From Mytilus edulis (lineage: Eukaryota): a stretch of DNA of 64,000 nucleotides. Location of the stretch: contig NC_092347.1 of NCBI RefSeq assembly GCF_963676685.1, positions 84,816,001 through 84,880,000 of the forward strand. Direction: 5' to 3'. The position numbers were made by a program, and so were the translations under genes. Below are positions 13,901 through 24,330 of this stretch, piece after piece; positions within the stretch are counted from its first letter, which is position 1, and each line of letters starts with the position of its first letter. A model generated the notes under the pieces. That model saw only the letters and a list, made by a program, of their open reading frames with translations, did no database searches and was not told where the DNA came from.

Positions 13901-15815
13901 ATATGAGAAATTTCTTTTTTCTAACTAGGTGTCCTGTTTTGATATATGAGAAATTTCTTTTTTCTAACTAGGTGTCCTGTTTTGATATATGAGAAATTTC
14001 TTTTTTCTAAATAGGTGTCCTGTTTTGATATATGAGAAATTTCTTTTTTCTAACTAGGTGTCCTGTTTTGATATATGAGAAATTTCTATTTTCTAACTAG
14101 GTGTCCTGTTGTTGAATGCCTGTTTAACTGTGAGGGCAAGTCAGGCAAATTCTCACAAAGACAAAGGTTGGGAGAAACTAACAGATGCTGTTATTTCTTG
14201 GCTAAATAAAAATTGTTCCGGTATAGTGTTTATGCTGTGGGGAGCTTATGCTCAAAAGAAAGGAGCTTTTATTGATAAGGTAAGATATTGGTAAGAAAAG
14301 TGATGCTCTTCATTTTGTAAACAAACGTTCTTGTTAGTTTTTAACAAATATATACTGTACTATTTTTGATTATGCAGAGGACATAGTTCTTTGTGTATGG
14401 ATATAAGGTTTGTAGTAAATGTTCTTTGTGTATGGATATAAGGTGTGTAGTAAATGTTCTTTGTGTATGGATATAAGGTGTGTAGTAAATGTTCTTTGTG
14501 TATGGATATAAGGTGTGTAGTAAATGTTCTTTGTGTATGGATGTAAGGTGTGTAGTAAATGTTCTTTGTGTATGGATGTAAGGTGTGTAGTAAATGTTCT
14601 TTGTGTATGGATATAAGGTGTGTAGTAAATGTCAATAAGACCACAGTCCTAATTGTACAAATCAAATATATCATGATCTCCTTATAGGTTCTAAACGATG
14701 GACAAACACCAAAACTTTTAATATTCTCATGTGTAAGGAATATAAGATAGACTCAAGATTTCAAACCCACAACATTCCCTTTTTACTTGGGTTAGGCACA
14801 TGACTTCATGAAACTATTTTACTGAGTATTCATTTAAAAGTCTCAGTGGAAGAAGTACATCAAATTTATCTATTTCTGTGAGATGTTTAAATTATGCCAA
14901 AAATGAAATTGGCTGTTCATGAGCCAAATAAGAACAACCAATCGAAAGTTGTATAGCATTACATTTATGCAAAATTCTCTTGATATCTGCTTCATATATC
15001 TGATACTTGTATGCCCTTGTGGCAGCAGAGGGGCATCAAGTGTTCCCTTTGTACATCTAAGTTTTATTTGCCTCAACCAAATGTTATGAAACTTATACAT
15101 GTTACTTATTACCACAAGATAGACAGAGCAAGTTGGAATTTGGGTGACATCACCTTTATCATTCTAGAGTTATACCCTTTTCTAAAGTATATGCAAACAG
15201 GCCCATCATCTGTGTTCCATGGACACATTCTGCATTTATTTTCTGTTCAAGATTAATTAACTGTTATTTTGCATTAAAAATTACAATGAAAATCAAACTA
15301 GAAAAAAAAATTTATTCAATATTTAAATATGAAACATAAAATAATCCCTTGCAGTTTGCACATCTGCGTAATTCATACATGATTCAACACAATCTTCAAT
15401 TCTTCAAACCTGACACAAATAGTTTTACCTTAAAATTATAGAAAAAGGTTAGAAAGATTCACAACTGCTATGTCTTTTCAAATGACAGCTAAAATTGATT
15501 TTGAATTTTGGCATTTAGAGAATGTGAATTGCTTCTGCAGTCACTGTTCGGAAGGTTTATCCCTGATAACAGTATAACTTAACAAAACTAAGCATAAGGA
15601 CAATATTGAATCGTAATCTTTTGTTGGAAGTTACATATGATTATATACTATTTTGTTTACAGAAGAAGCATCATATCCTGAAATCAGTCCATCCATCTCC
15701 GCTGTCTGCACACAGAGGATTCATTGGCTGCAAACATTTTTCAGAGTGTAACAATCTCCTCAACAAAGATGGCAAAACTCCTATTGACTGGTGTCGCCTA
15801 CCACCACAAGAGTGA
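4831..15815 (+). CDS. UNG: Uracil-DNA glycosylase (family 1, nuclear UNG2-like), 8 coding exons: 4831-4908, 9661-9975, 10458-10553, 11547-11601, 12077-12119, 13074-13162, 14101-14279, 15663-15815; 1008 nt, 335 aa
   Basis: All introns are GT-AG and phases join consistently (0,0,0,1,2,1,0). The spliced protein has [48 protein letters not shown] and HPSPLS, plus an N-terminal PIP box and RPA2-binding motif. Confidence 0.96.
5275..6219. mobile_element. Mutator-like MITE in UNG intron 1
   Basis: Long imperfect TIRs (~140-175 bp), GG...CC ends, 9-bp TSD TAGTAAATA (5266-5274, 6220-6228). Confidence 0.85.
7019..9569. mobile_element. MITE with CACCACCGAA-repeat TIRs (outer element of a nest)
   Basis: GGGTAGGTCTTTTCACCACCG...CACCCCAAAA is mirrored at 9507-9569; TSD not clearly recoverable. 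Confidence 0.7.
7129..9040. mobile_element. PIF/Harbinger-like non-autonomous element nested in the previous MITE
   Basis: GGCC ends, imperfect TIR sharing TTTGTTTGGCATTGCCG, TTA TSD on both sides. Confidence 0.8.
9661..9975 (+). CDS. UNG: UNG exon 2 (basic NLS-like KPSKKAR, SP motifs, RPA-binding [35 protein letters not shown])
   Basis: Acceptor ttttacag|, donor GAG|gtaaag, open frame of 105 codons. Confidence 0.93.
10458..10553 (+). CDS. UNG: UNG exon 3 ([32 protein letters not shown])
   Basis: ttttacag| acceptor, |gtaagt donor, conserved YPP..QVF.W motif. Confidence 0.95.
11547..11601 (+). CDS. UNG: UNG exon 4 ([18 protein letters not shown]), catalytic Asp motif
   Basis: atttag| acceptor, G|gtgag donor, GQDPYH motif. 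Confidence 0.96.
12077..12119 (+). CDS. UNG: UNG exon 5 ([15 protein letters not shown])
   Basis: tttcag| acceptor, AG|gtaaat donor, proline-rich loop. Confidence 0.95.
12641..12898. repeat. 50-bp minisatellite x5 in UNG intron 5
   Basis: Unit TATTGTTGTGATTGTATTTATTATTTGGAATCTCAACCATCCCTATTGTC at 50-bp spacing. Confidence 0.95.
13074..13162 (+). CDS. UNG: UNG exon 6 ([29 protein letters not shown])
   Basis: ttctttcag| acceptor, AAG|gtaggt donor. Confidence 0.95.
13808..14110 (+). repeat. 43-bp tandem repeat x7 spanning the UNG intron 6/exon 7 junction
   Basis: Unit TTTTGATATATGAGAAATTTCTTTTTTCTAACTAG|GTGTCCTG; junctions at 13843, 13886, 13929, 13972, 14015, 14058, 14101. Confidence 0.97.
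14101..14279 (+). CDS. UNG: UNG exon 7 ([25 protein letters not shown]...[18 protein letters not shown])
   Basis: ctaactag| acceptor, AAG|gtaaga donor, conserved uracil-pocket Asn. Confidence 0.95.
14386..14632. repeat. 35-bp minisatellite x7 in UNG intron 7
   Basis: Unit GTTCTTTGTGTATGGATATAAGGTGTGTAGTAAAT. Confidence 0.95.
15008..15240 (+). mobile_element. Short degraded HINE-like element in UNG intron 7
   Basis: 5' ATGCCC...GGGGCAT hairpin and 3' TGTGTTCCATGGACACA hairpin, as in other HINEs here. Confidence 0.45.
15663..15815 (+). CDS. UNG: UNG exon 8 ([20 protein letters not shown]...PIDW), stop TGA
   Basis: tttacag| acceptor (CAG-AAG-AAG, NAGNAG type), HPSPLS leucine loop. Confidence 0.95.
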   Translation, partial: KKHHILKSVHPSPLSAHRGFIGCKHFSECNNLLNKDGKTPIDWCRLPPQE

Positions 15816-15910
15816 AAAATAGAATGGCTAGGATATTGATTGAAAGCTGTACACTGCCAAACATCTCAAATACGGCAACTGTAAATCAGTGTTAGTGTTT
15901 TGATACCAAA

Positions 15911-16202
15911 TTAGTGTTGGTGTAATTTAATTATACTTTATGTATGCTATACAAGTGCCTATTGTGAATACTAAATGTGATTTAGTGTTGGTGTACATAT
16001 ATTTCACAGTACATGTTTGCTATACAAGTGCTTGTTGTGAATACTAAATGTGATTTAGTGTTGGTGTAAATATATTTCACAGTACATGTTTGCTATACAA
16101 GTGCTTGTTGTGAATACTAAATGTGATTTAGTGTTGGTGTAAATATATTTCACAGTACATGTTTGCTATACAAGTGCTTGTTGTGAATACTAAATGTGAT
16201 TA
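15911..16202 (+). repeat. 73-bp tandem repeat (3 copies + 1 diverged) in UNG 3'UTR
   Basis: TTTAGTGTTGGTGTA... recurs at 15981, 16054, 16127; diverged copy at 15911. Confidence 0.93.
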
Positions 16203-16252
16203 AAGATTTGCTCTAAAGTATTGATACATCAAAATACCTAAAAATGAGTATA

Positions 16253-16258
16253 AATAAA
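16253..16258 (+). terminator. Probable UNG polyadenylation signal AATAAA
   Basis: First AATAAA I found downstream of the stop codon. Confidence 0.5.
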
Positions 16259-16991
16259 TGAGAGCACCTAAAAAATAATTGCACACATTTTATGTGATCA
16301 TTATTAGGCCAACTAAAATTAATTAGTAGATTTTCATCCAAAGTTTTGAAAAAAATGGGGCGGGTGGGAGGATTTTATTTTTTAAATTTTATTGAATGAA
16401 ACCTTCTTTTGATCGACGTGAACTTCATATATATATGACGCAAGTGTTATTATTAGCTTATATCATGTACATGTGTAAACATGTATTAAGAATCGTACAT
16501 ATTTTTCATATTCTTAAATAAATAACTCTGATTGGCAAGGACTGTTCTACATGAAATTGCTACATGTACTTAAAAAACCTACTTTCAGTATAAACAGTAA
16601 AATCATGGAGAAATTCTCTATTCAGTTGGACTTACCAACTCCAAATTTATTTTGCTTTCGAAGCGATGGTTTGTAGTCCCCATAAAAAAATGCAAATGCA
16701 ATGGTATGCAACACATGTATTATGAATGAAATGAGAACTCAAACAGTGTTGGAACTGGTAGGGTTGTGCTTTTAAGATTTAAGTTATGCAAGACTGAAGC
16801 CAAGACTAAAGCATATATACATAATTAGTATTTACATTGTAAAACATGAAGTTGTTTAATGACTCTTTTAAAAGTGTTTTGTGTTTTTAAACAAAACCAA
16901 TAGCCATGGGTAAATCTAAGGGCTTTCTATAACACAATTTGTATGTTTGCCGACTTTTTAACTCAATATAGATCAATATACGGTCATAGAT

Positions 16992-17016
16992 CACAGGGGC
17001 TTGTTAAGCCCCTGTG
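16992..17016. other. 25-bp hairpin insertion with 7-bp TSD (candidate transposon excision footprint)
   Basis: CATAGAT|CACAGGGGCTT-GTT-AAGCCCCTGTG|CATAGAT. Confidence 0.7.
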
Positions 17017-17173
17017 CATAGATCTAACAAGTTCGTGCTTTTGTCAATTTCTATAATCCAGTTATATTTTTTCTACCAATTTGTTGCACGATTCTTGCGC
17101 TATGGAAATCATTCACAGCCCAAATTTGCTGACATAAAGTCGATGTAGTATTAAAAAATCTACGGTTTTCTAA

Positions 17174-17456
17174 GGGAGCTACCATTTGATTTTTATGGGG
17201 GGGCTAGGATGAAAAATTTTGTCCTGCCTTTTTTTTTAGTTGTAATCTCTGTCCTGCCTTTTTATTTTTCACTCTATTCGGTCCTGCCTTTTTTTTTATT
17301 AGTTTATCCTAACTTTTTTTACCTAAATTGTCATCCTGCCTTTTTTTTTTGCAAAGTGTCTCATCCTGCCTTTTTTTTTTTACTCAAAACTCCTGTCCTG
17401 CCTATTTTTTTCAAATTTCATCCTAGCCCCCCCATAAAAATCAAATGGTAGCTCCC
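17174..17456. mobile_element. Young 283-bp Harbinger/Tourist-like MITE nested in previous element
   Basis: ~40-bp perfect TIR GGGAGCTACCATTTGATTTTTATGGGGGGGCTAGGATGAAA, TAA TSD, internal TCCTGCCTTTTT repeats. Confidence 0.92.
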
Positions 17457-18556
17457 TAATGACAGAGATTTCCAATAATTTTGTGATGTACCGCGATTTG
17501 CGTTCTTAGACACAGCGTATTACTCGTAACCCGAATATTTCACGCCCTTCTTGTAATCTATCTTTATCCTCCGTAGATGATATTGTCATCATTGAGCAGC
17601 AGAATTTGTGAAAGTAATCGTTTTAAAGTACTCGAATCAAGAAATATGAAAACCAAACATTGAAACAGGAAGTTCAAATGAAACGAAATTATTGACCGTT
17701 ACCGGTAATGGAAATGAACAAAATCCGGAAATGGTTATTTTTTTTAAATAAAAAATATCGGGGCGGGACGATTTCAGAGGGGCGGGCGGGGATGAAAATC
17801 TATCAATTAATTTTAATTGGCCTTATTATTTTACATTGTGGATATATTATTTTCTTCTAGTATTACAGATCATTAGTGTTGATTTTTTAAGGAAATTATG
17901 TTTTACTGATTTAATTTGTTATATAAAGCAGTACAAGTGGTTATGTTTTAAGTTATGAAATATGTACAATTGCATTTAAATAGTCCAAAGTACAAGTGAA
18001 ACAGCTTGGTTAATTATTTACCTATGGGTATATAATTCTAGAAATATGTATTATATTTAGGTTAGTAATCAGTGGTTAGTCCCTCCTCATACATTTGGAA
18101 AAAAAATAATCAGTTTTCCTGTTGTTTTACTAATAAAATTCTGATGCAGATTTTATGCAGCAGCTTATTATCTCATGAATGTAGCAAGTATAGATAATTG
18201 ACCCTTTACCGGTATCTGTCAATTTAACCTTGAAAGCGCTCTCATGATACAGTCAAATAGATTTTTAAAATCTCATCAATTTTCATGGAAGTTATTCCCT
18301 ATATAAATGTAAAATATATGGATAATAATCTTGTTTATGCTTTAATTGATTTATGGATTTTAGTGAAATTCACTTTTTATTATGCCAATACAATGCAATA
18401 CAAATAAATCCTTAGGATTGCATTGGGGTATGTGTATGCATTTAATTAAAATGTTCATTTGCATATTTTAACTGCATTGTTAATAAAAAAAAAACTACCT
18501 TTTGAGTTTTTTGGCCCTTGATAGATTTGGCCATCACTATCTGTCTGTCTTTTGTT

Positions 18557-20450
18557 ATGAAACATGAAACATGAAACAAACATGAAAACTTAATTAAACG
18601 CCTATTTCTACATATACAATATGTATTCAATGGCGTTGTACATAAATGACATATAAAATACAAAAATACTAAACAAAAATACAATATGTATGTACAATAC
18701 CAAAAATTGAAAATTTATACTGTGATACACAAGAAAAAAGTCAGAAAAGTTCAAAATAATTTTGGAAATACAATGTTTTCAACCGACATTTAAAAATATC
18801 CAAAGATTCAGAGTTTCTTACATTTGTACCTAGTTCATTCCACAATTTTGGCCCAGTAGTACTAAAGCTTCTATCTGAAAAAGTTTTCTTTTTGTTATAT
18901 GGGACTGCATAACAACCAATAGATGACTCTGACGACCTTAATGAACGTTTCGACACTTGAGGATTTATCAAATTGATCAAATAAGACGGTGCATTACCTA
19001 CATGACAGTTGTACATGTATGTTAAGATTTTAAATGTAATTCTGGCTTTGATCGGAAGCCAGTGTAAGTCAAACAATGCCTGCTTGGCACTGTCATACTT
19101 AGAACGGTTTAACACAAGTTTGGCACACATATTCTGTATACGTTGCAATTTATATAAATCAGTTTGTGAAACTCCAAAAAGTATAACATTGCAATAATCT
19201 AAATGTGAAATAACCAAAGATAAGACCAAAGTTTCAGTTGCTTCTTTCGATAGATAGGATCTTATGCACTTTATTTTGTAGTAGTTCATCATTGCTGTCT
19301 TACATTTTTTAGTAATATGGTCTTTGAAGTTTAGAGTCTCATCCAGAAAAGCTCCTAAGTACCGTATACATGTTTTTGATTTTATAACATCTCCACAAAT
19401 GATTATTTCTTTTGTCTGACATTTAGAGAGTTGTTGTCGACTGCCAAAGAGAATAAACTCTGTTTTCGCATTGTTCATTTTTAGTTTGTTACTGTTCATC
19501 CAGGTGTTTATAAGAACAGCGCAGTCCTGTAAGTCACGAATTGCATCCATCTCATTCGTTAATGTTGGCACGAAACGTTTATTAGCAGTATGGTCGTCGG
19601 CAAATCCGTACACAGTAATAGATGGTGGAATAATGTCGAATAGGGTTCCGGCGTAGACTAAATAAAGCCAGGGACCTAAGCAACTTCCCTGTGGTACGCT
19701 ACACTCAAGTTGTCGCTCTGATGATGTTGTAGAGCTGACATTTACACGACAGCTTCGAGGTCTCAAGTAGGAATCGATCCATTTAAGTGCGGTTCCATTT
19801 ACACCGTACTGATATTCGAGTACATTTATCAAAATACTATGATCTACAGTATCGAATGCTGCACTTAAATCAACGGCGATCATAGCGGTGACTTCTTGAT
19901 GCTCCATCCCATCGAGTATGTCATTAACGAGTCGTAGAAGGGCCGATTCGCACGAATGGAATTGACGATACGCAGATTGGTTTGTAGGAAGGAGATCATG
20001 ATCTTTCACGTGTTCATTCAGTCTATATAGCGCACATTTTTCAATTAATTTAGACAGGAAAGACAAGTTGCTTACTGGTCTATAATTTGAGTAAATTAGT
20101 TCAAGACCAGCCTTTTTCAGCAGAGGCCTGACTACCGCTTGCTTCCATCTTAATGGGAAGACGCCTTGACTAAGAGACAAGTTAACTAACTTTGTGATAA
20201 CAGGCAACAATTCACTAAGGAACGATTTAAGTACTTTCGTAGGCAAAATGTCAAGTTCGCATGATTTACATTGCAATTTATTTATGATGGTCTTAACTTC
20301 GTCTTCTGATAGATTTTTAAAAGATGTAAATAACGGAACGTCTTTGAACAATGGTTTGTAATCTTTCATAAACTTGTCTTCAAAATTACTCTCTGAAACT
20401 GCTCATTAAACTGAAGCCAAAGTTTGTCTACTTCATCTATAAAGTTTGTG
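18557..20450 (-). mobile_element. 5'-truncated L2/CR1-group LINE (5' boundary approximate)
   Basis: RT ORF followed by a 3'UTR ending in a (TTTCATG)n-type microsatellite tail at about 18557-18590. Confidence 0.85.
18741..20369 (-). CDS. Non-LTR retrotransposon reverse transcriptase (L2/CR1 group), 542 aa, endonuclease domain absent
   Basis: Motifs YRPVSNLSFLSKLIEK, QSAYRQFHSCESAL, DLSAAFDTVDH, VPQGSCLGP, FADD, RYLG, LHWLPI. Confidence 0.93.
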   Translation of the reverse strand: MKDYKPLFKDVPLFTSFKNLSEDEVKTIINKLQCKSCELDILPTKVLKSFLSELLPVITKLVNLSLSQGVFPLRWKQAVVRPLLKKAGLELIYSNYRPVSNLSFLSKLIEKCALYRLNEHVKDHDLLPTNQSAYRQFHSCESALLRLVNDILDGMEHQEVTAMIAVDLSAAFDTVDHSILINVLEYQYGVNGTALKWIDSYLRPRSCRVNVSSTTSSERQLECSVPQGSCLGPWLYLVYAGTLFDIIPPSITVYGFADDHTANKRFVPTLTNEMDAIRDLQDCAVLINTWMNSNKLKMNNAKTEFILFGSRQQLSKCQTKEIIICGDVIKSKTCIRYLGAFLDETLNFKDHITKKCKTAMMNYYKIKCIRSYLSKEATETLVLSLVISHLDYCNVILFGVSQTDLYKLQRIQNMCAKLVLNRSKYDSAKQALFDLHWLPIKARITFKILTYMYNCHVGNAPSYLINLINPQVSKRSLRSSESSIGCYAVPYNKKKTFSDRSFSTTGPKLWNELGTNVRNSESLDIFKCRLKTLYFQNYFELF

Positions 20451-20451
20451 A

Positions 20452-23200
20452 TTTTTATACGCCCGGGACGGGACGTATTATGGTATACCGTTGTCCGTCC
20501 GTCCATCTGTCCGTCCGTCCGTCTGTCCGTCCGTCGTCCACACTTCGGACAATAACTCAAAAACACCTACACCAATTTCCATGAAACTTAAGTGAATTGT
20601 TTATATCTATTGACGTAAGCTCCCTTTCGTTTTTTTTTAATTTCAGATTTTAAGTTTTGGATTTATGGGGCTTTATTCATAAAAAAGGGGGGATTTTCAA
20701 CACTTCGGACAATAACTCAAAAAGGCTTTCACCAATGTCCATGAAACTTTGGTGAATTGTTTATATCTATTGATGTAAGCTCCCTTTCGTTTTTTTTTAA
20801 TTTCAGATTTTAAGTTTTGGATTTATGGGGCTTTATTCATAAAAAAGGGGGGATTTTCAACACTTCGGACAATAACTCAAAAAGGCTTTCACCAATGTCC
20901 ATGAAACTTTGGTGAATTGTTTATATCTATTGATGTAAGCTCCCTTTCGTTTTTTTTTAATTTCAGATTTTAAGTTTTGGATTTATGGGGCTTTATTCAT
21001 AAAAAAGGGGGGATTTTCAACACTTCGGACAATAACTCAAAAAGGCTTTCACCAATGTCCATGAAACTTTGGTGAATTGTTTATATCTATTGATGTAAGC
21101 TCCCTTTCGTTTTTTTTTAATTTCAGATTTTAAGTTTTGGATTTATGGGGCTTTATTCATAAAAAAGGGGGGATTTTCAACTTTTTGGACAATAACTCAA
21201 AAAGGCTTTCACCAATGTCCATGAAACTTTGGTGAATTGTTTATATCTATTGATGTAAGCTCCCTTTCGTTTTTTTTTAATTTCAGATTTTAAGTTTTGG
21301 ATTTATGGGGCTTTATTCATAAAAAAGGGGGGATTTTCAACACTTCGGACAATAACTCAAAAAGGCTTTCACCAATGTCCATGAAACTTTGGTGAATTGT
21401 TTATATCTATTGATGTAAGCTCCCTTTCGTTTTTTTTTAATTTCAGATTTTAAGTTTTGGATTTATGGGGCTTTATTCATAAAAAAGGGGGGATTTTCAA
21501 CACTTCGGACAATAACTCAAAAAGGCTTTCACCAATGTCCATGAAACTTTGGTGAATTGTTTATATCTATTGATGTAAGCTCCCTTTCGTTTTTTTTTAA
21601 TTTCAGATTTTAAGTTTTGGATTTATGGGGCTTTATTCATAAAAAAGGGGGGATTTTCAACACTTTGGACAATAACTCAAAAAGGCTTTCACCAATGTCC
21701 ATGAAACTTTGGTGAATTGTTTATATCTATTGATGTAAGCTCCCTTTCGTTTTTTTTTTAATTTCAGATTTTAAGTTTTGGATTTATGGGGCTTTATTCA
21801 TAAAAAAGGGGGGATTTTCAACACTTTGAACAATAACTCAAAAAGGCTTTCACCAATGTCCATGAAACTTTGGTGAATTGTTTATATCTATTGATGTAAG
21901 CTCCCTTTCGTTTTTTTTTAATTTCAGATTTTAAGTTTTGGATTTATGGGGCTTTATTCATAAAAAAGGGGGGATTTTCAACACTTCGGACAATAACTCA
22001 AAAAGGCTTTCACCAATGTCCATGAAACTTTGGTGAATTGTTTATATCTATTGATGTAAGCTCCCTTTCGTTTTTTTTTAATTTCAGATTTTAAGTTTTG
22101 GATTTATGGGGCTTTATTCATAAAAAAGGGGGGATTTTCAACACTTCGGACAATAACTCAAAAAGGCTTTCACCAATGTCCATGAAACTTTGGTGAATTG
22201 TTTATATCTATTGATGTAAGCTCCCTTTCGTTTTTTTTTAATTTCAGATTTTAAGTTTTGGATTTATGGGGCTTTATTCATAAAAAAGGGGGGATTTTCA
22301 ACACTTTGGACAATAACTCAAAAAGGCTTTCACCAATGTCCATGAAACTTTGGTGAATTGTTTATATCTATTGATGTAAGCTCCCTTTCGTTTTTTTTTA
22401 ATTTCAGATTTTAAGTTTTGGATTTATGGGGCTTTATTCATAAAAAAAGGGTGATTTTTAACACTTCGGACAATAACTCAAAAAGGCTTTCACCAATGTC
22501 CATGAAACTTTGGTGAATTGTTTATATTTATTGATGTAAGCTCCCTTTCAATTTTTATAAATTTCAGATTTTAAGTTTTGGATTTATGGGGCTTTATTCA
22601 TAAAAAAAAAGGGTGATTTTTAACACTTCGGACAATAACTCAAAAAGGCTTTCACCAATGTCCATGAAACTTTGGTGAATTGTTTATATCTATTGATGTA
22701 AGCTCCCTTTCAATTTTTATAAATTTCAGATTTTAAGTTTTGGATTTATGGGGCTTTATTCATAAAAAAAGGGTGATTTTTAACACTTCGGACAATAACT
22801 CAAAAAGGCTTTCACCAATGTCCATGAAACTTTGGTGAATTGTTTATATCTATTGATGTAAGCTCCCTTTCAATTTTTATAAATTTCAGATTTTACATTT
22901 CCGTGTTATGAATTTTTATGCTTAAAAAAGGGGGGATTTTTCCAATTTCAGGACAATAACTAACACTTTCACAAAATTTTATGTATGGATGAAAAATTAA
23001 AGACAACAAACTTAGTTAAATTTGAGGTAGCCTTAATAGTGCCAATTTTTTTGTGCATTTTTATTTATTATTTGGGGGGGGGGGGGGGTATTTGACAGGG
23101 CTCACACTATTTCTAGTTGATCATATAAATTCATTTAAAGCATAAAAGACAAGTTAAAAGAGCAACGGGCGTATCATGCGCTAAAGCGCAGCCCTTTATT
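20452..23200 (+). mobile_element. Helentron-associated non-autonomous element (HINE/DINE-1-like) carrying a satellite array
   Basis: T-run start, subterminal IR ATACGCCCG (20457-65)/CGGGCGTAT (23166-74), (GTCC)n microsatellite, central tandem array, 3' hairpin TGCGCT-AA-AGCGCA (23177-90). Confidence 0.88.
20541..22920. repeat. 160-bp satellite, ~15 near-identical copies
   Basis: CACTTCGGACAATAACTCAAAA... recurs every 160-162 bp. Confidence 0.97.
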
Positions 23201-23229
23201 GTCTAACGTGGTAATCATGTTCAAAATTT

Positions 23230-24330
23230 AATAAAGGCAACATAAAGCTGTTCACATGTCCTAATTTGATTGAGATTAAACAAATCCCAGTTACAAACTA
23301 AAACCAAGGGAAACACATAACATTCAGCTATAAGAGAAAACAGCAGAAACACTGAGGTGCAACAAAAACAAACTTTAACATACATAGAAACGAAACTGCC
23401 ATATTCCTGACTTGGTACAGGACATTTGAAGAAACAATGGTGGGTTGAATCTGGTTTTATGCCTAGCCAAACCTCCGGCTTACCGGTAAGCCAAGCCTCC
23501 TGCTTACTAGGTCATGTTGAAAATACTGCTAAAATTACTGACAGGAATACAGTCCAAATAAGTTCAGGAACGCTCAGGACAGAGAAATACATAAATAGAT
23601 ATGGATAAAACTTAAGGTCAGACAACAGTTTTTGGCTAATATCTATAATACTAAAATAACGAGGTCTAATTTGTCAGCCATAATGGGGTAAAAACGACAA
23701 ATCAAAGAATTCAACTTTATATATAGCTAATATAGGACAATGGTGTAGATTTAAAATTACACCACTCCAGACCCTTTTGTTTTTCACATAATTAATATTG
23801 CCAATAATTAACAAGTTCCGGGTTGAATATGATACCGATACCATTAGTATATTCACCTGTTACCTATTACCTTATCTGTACGTCCCGCATCTGACAGGCG
23901 CACCATCAAACGGTGTATTTAGGATTTTGCTATATACACAGGTCACAATCACAGGGTTGACACTACTAAATTCAATCATTGTCAAATTGTTTCCTAGTGT
24001 AGTATTTTAATCAGTAAGACTTTCTAAGAGATAACAATACGAATACTAAAAATCTGAACTTAAAATAAGGTGTATAGGTAGTTTGATAGTTTTGCCGTGT
24101 GAAGCATGGGTTCATTTGCCTATTACCATTAAAGACGTGTGATACAACTGATACAAATTTACAATCCACGACAACAAGGATAATTAAGGACATTAAGGTA
24201 AAAAAGAACTCAGTCCGAAATACTGTAAATCCATATGAAAAATCTAAGCTCTTGATGTGCATGACAGCAGTAGTACCACTAGAAGACTGGGATTGGCCTA
24301 TTTTAGTCAATAATCTGCCAGAACTAACAA
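23230..24330 (-). mobile_element. Probable Penelope-like element remnant
   Basis: 23230-23400 resembles 36084-36240, which adjoins a Penelope-like RT fragment; no clean ORF. Confidence 0.4.

Larger units (their letters stand above)
16307..17822. mobile_element. PIF/Harbinger-like non-autonomous element
   Basis: ~33-bp imperfect TIR GGCCAAcTAAAATTAATT..TAGATTTTCATCC, TTA TSD. Confidence 0.82.

Noticed and set aside
14360-14674. 104-aa His/Thr-rich ORF
   Set aside because: Translation of the 35-bp intronic minisatellite.
20541-22920. Regular arrays (also 13808-14110, 53215-53857) as CRISPR
   Set aside because: Units are contiguous with no unique spacers, there are no cas genes, and the context is eukaryotic.
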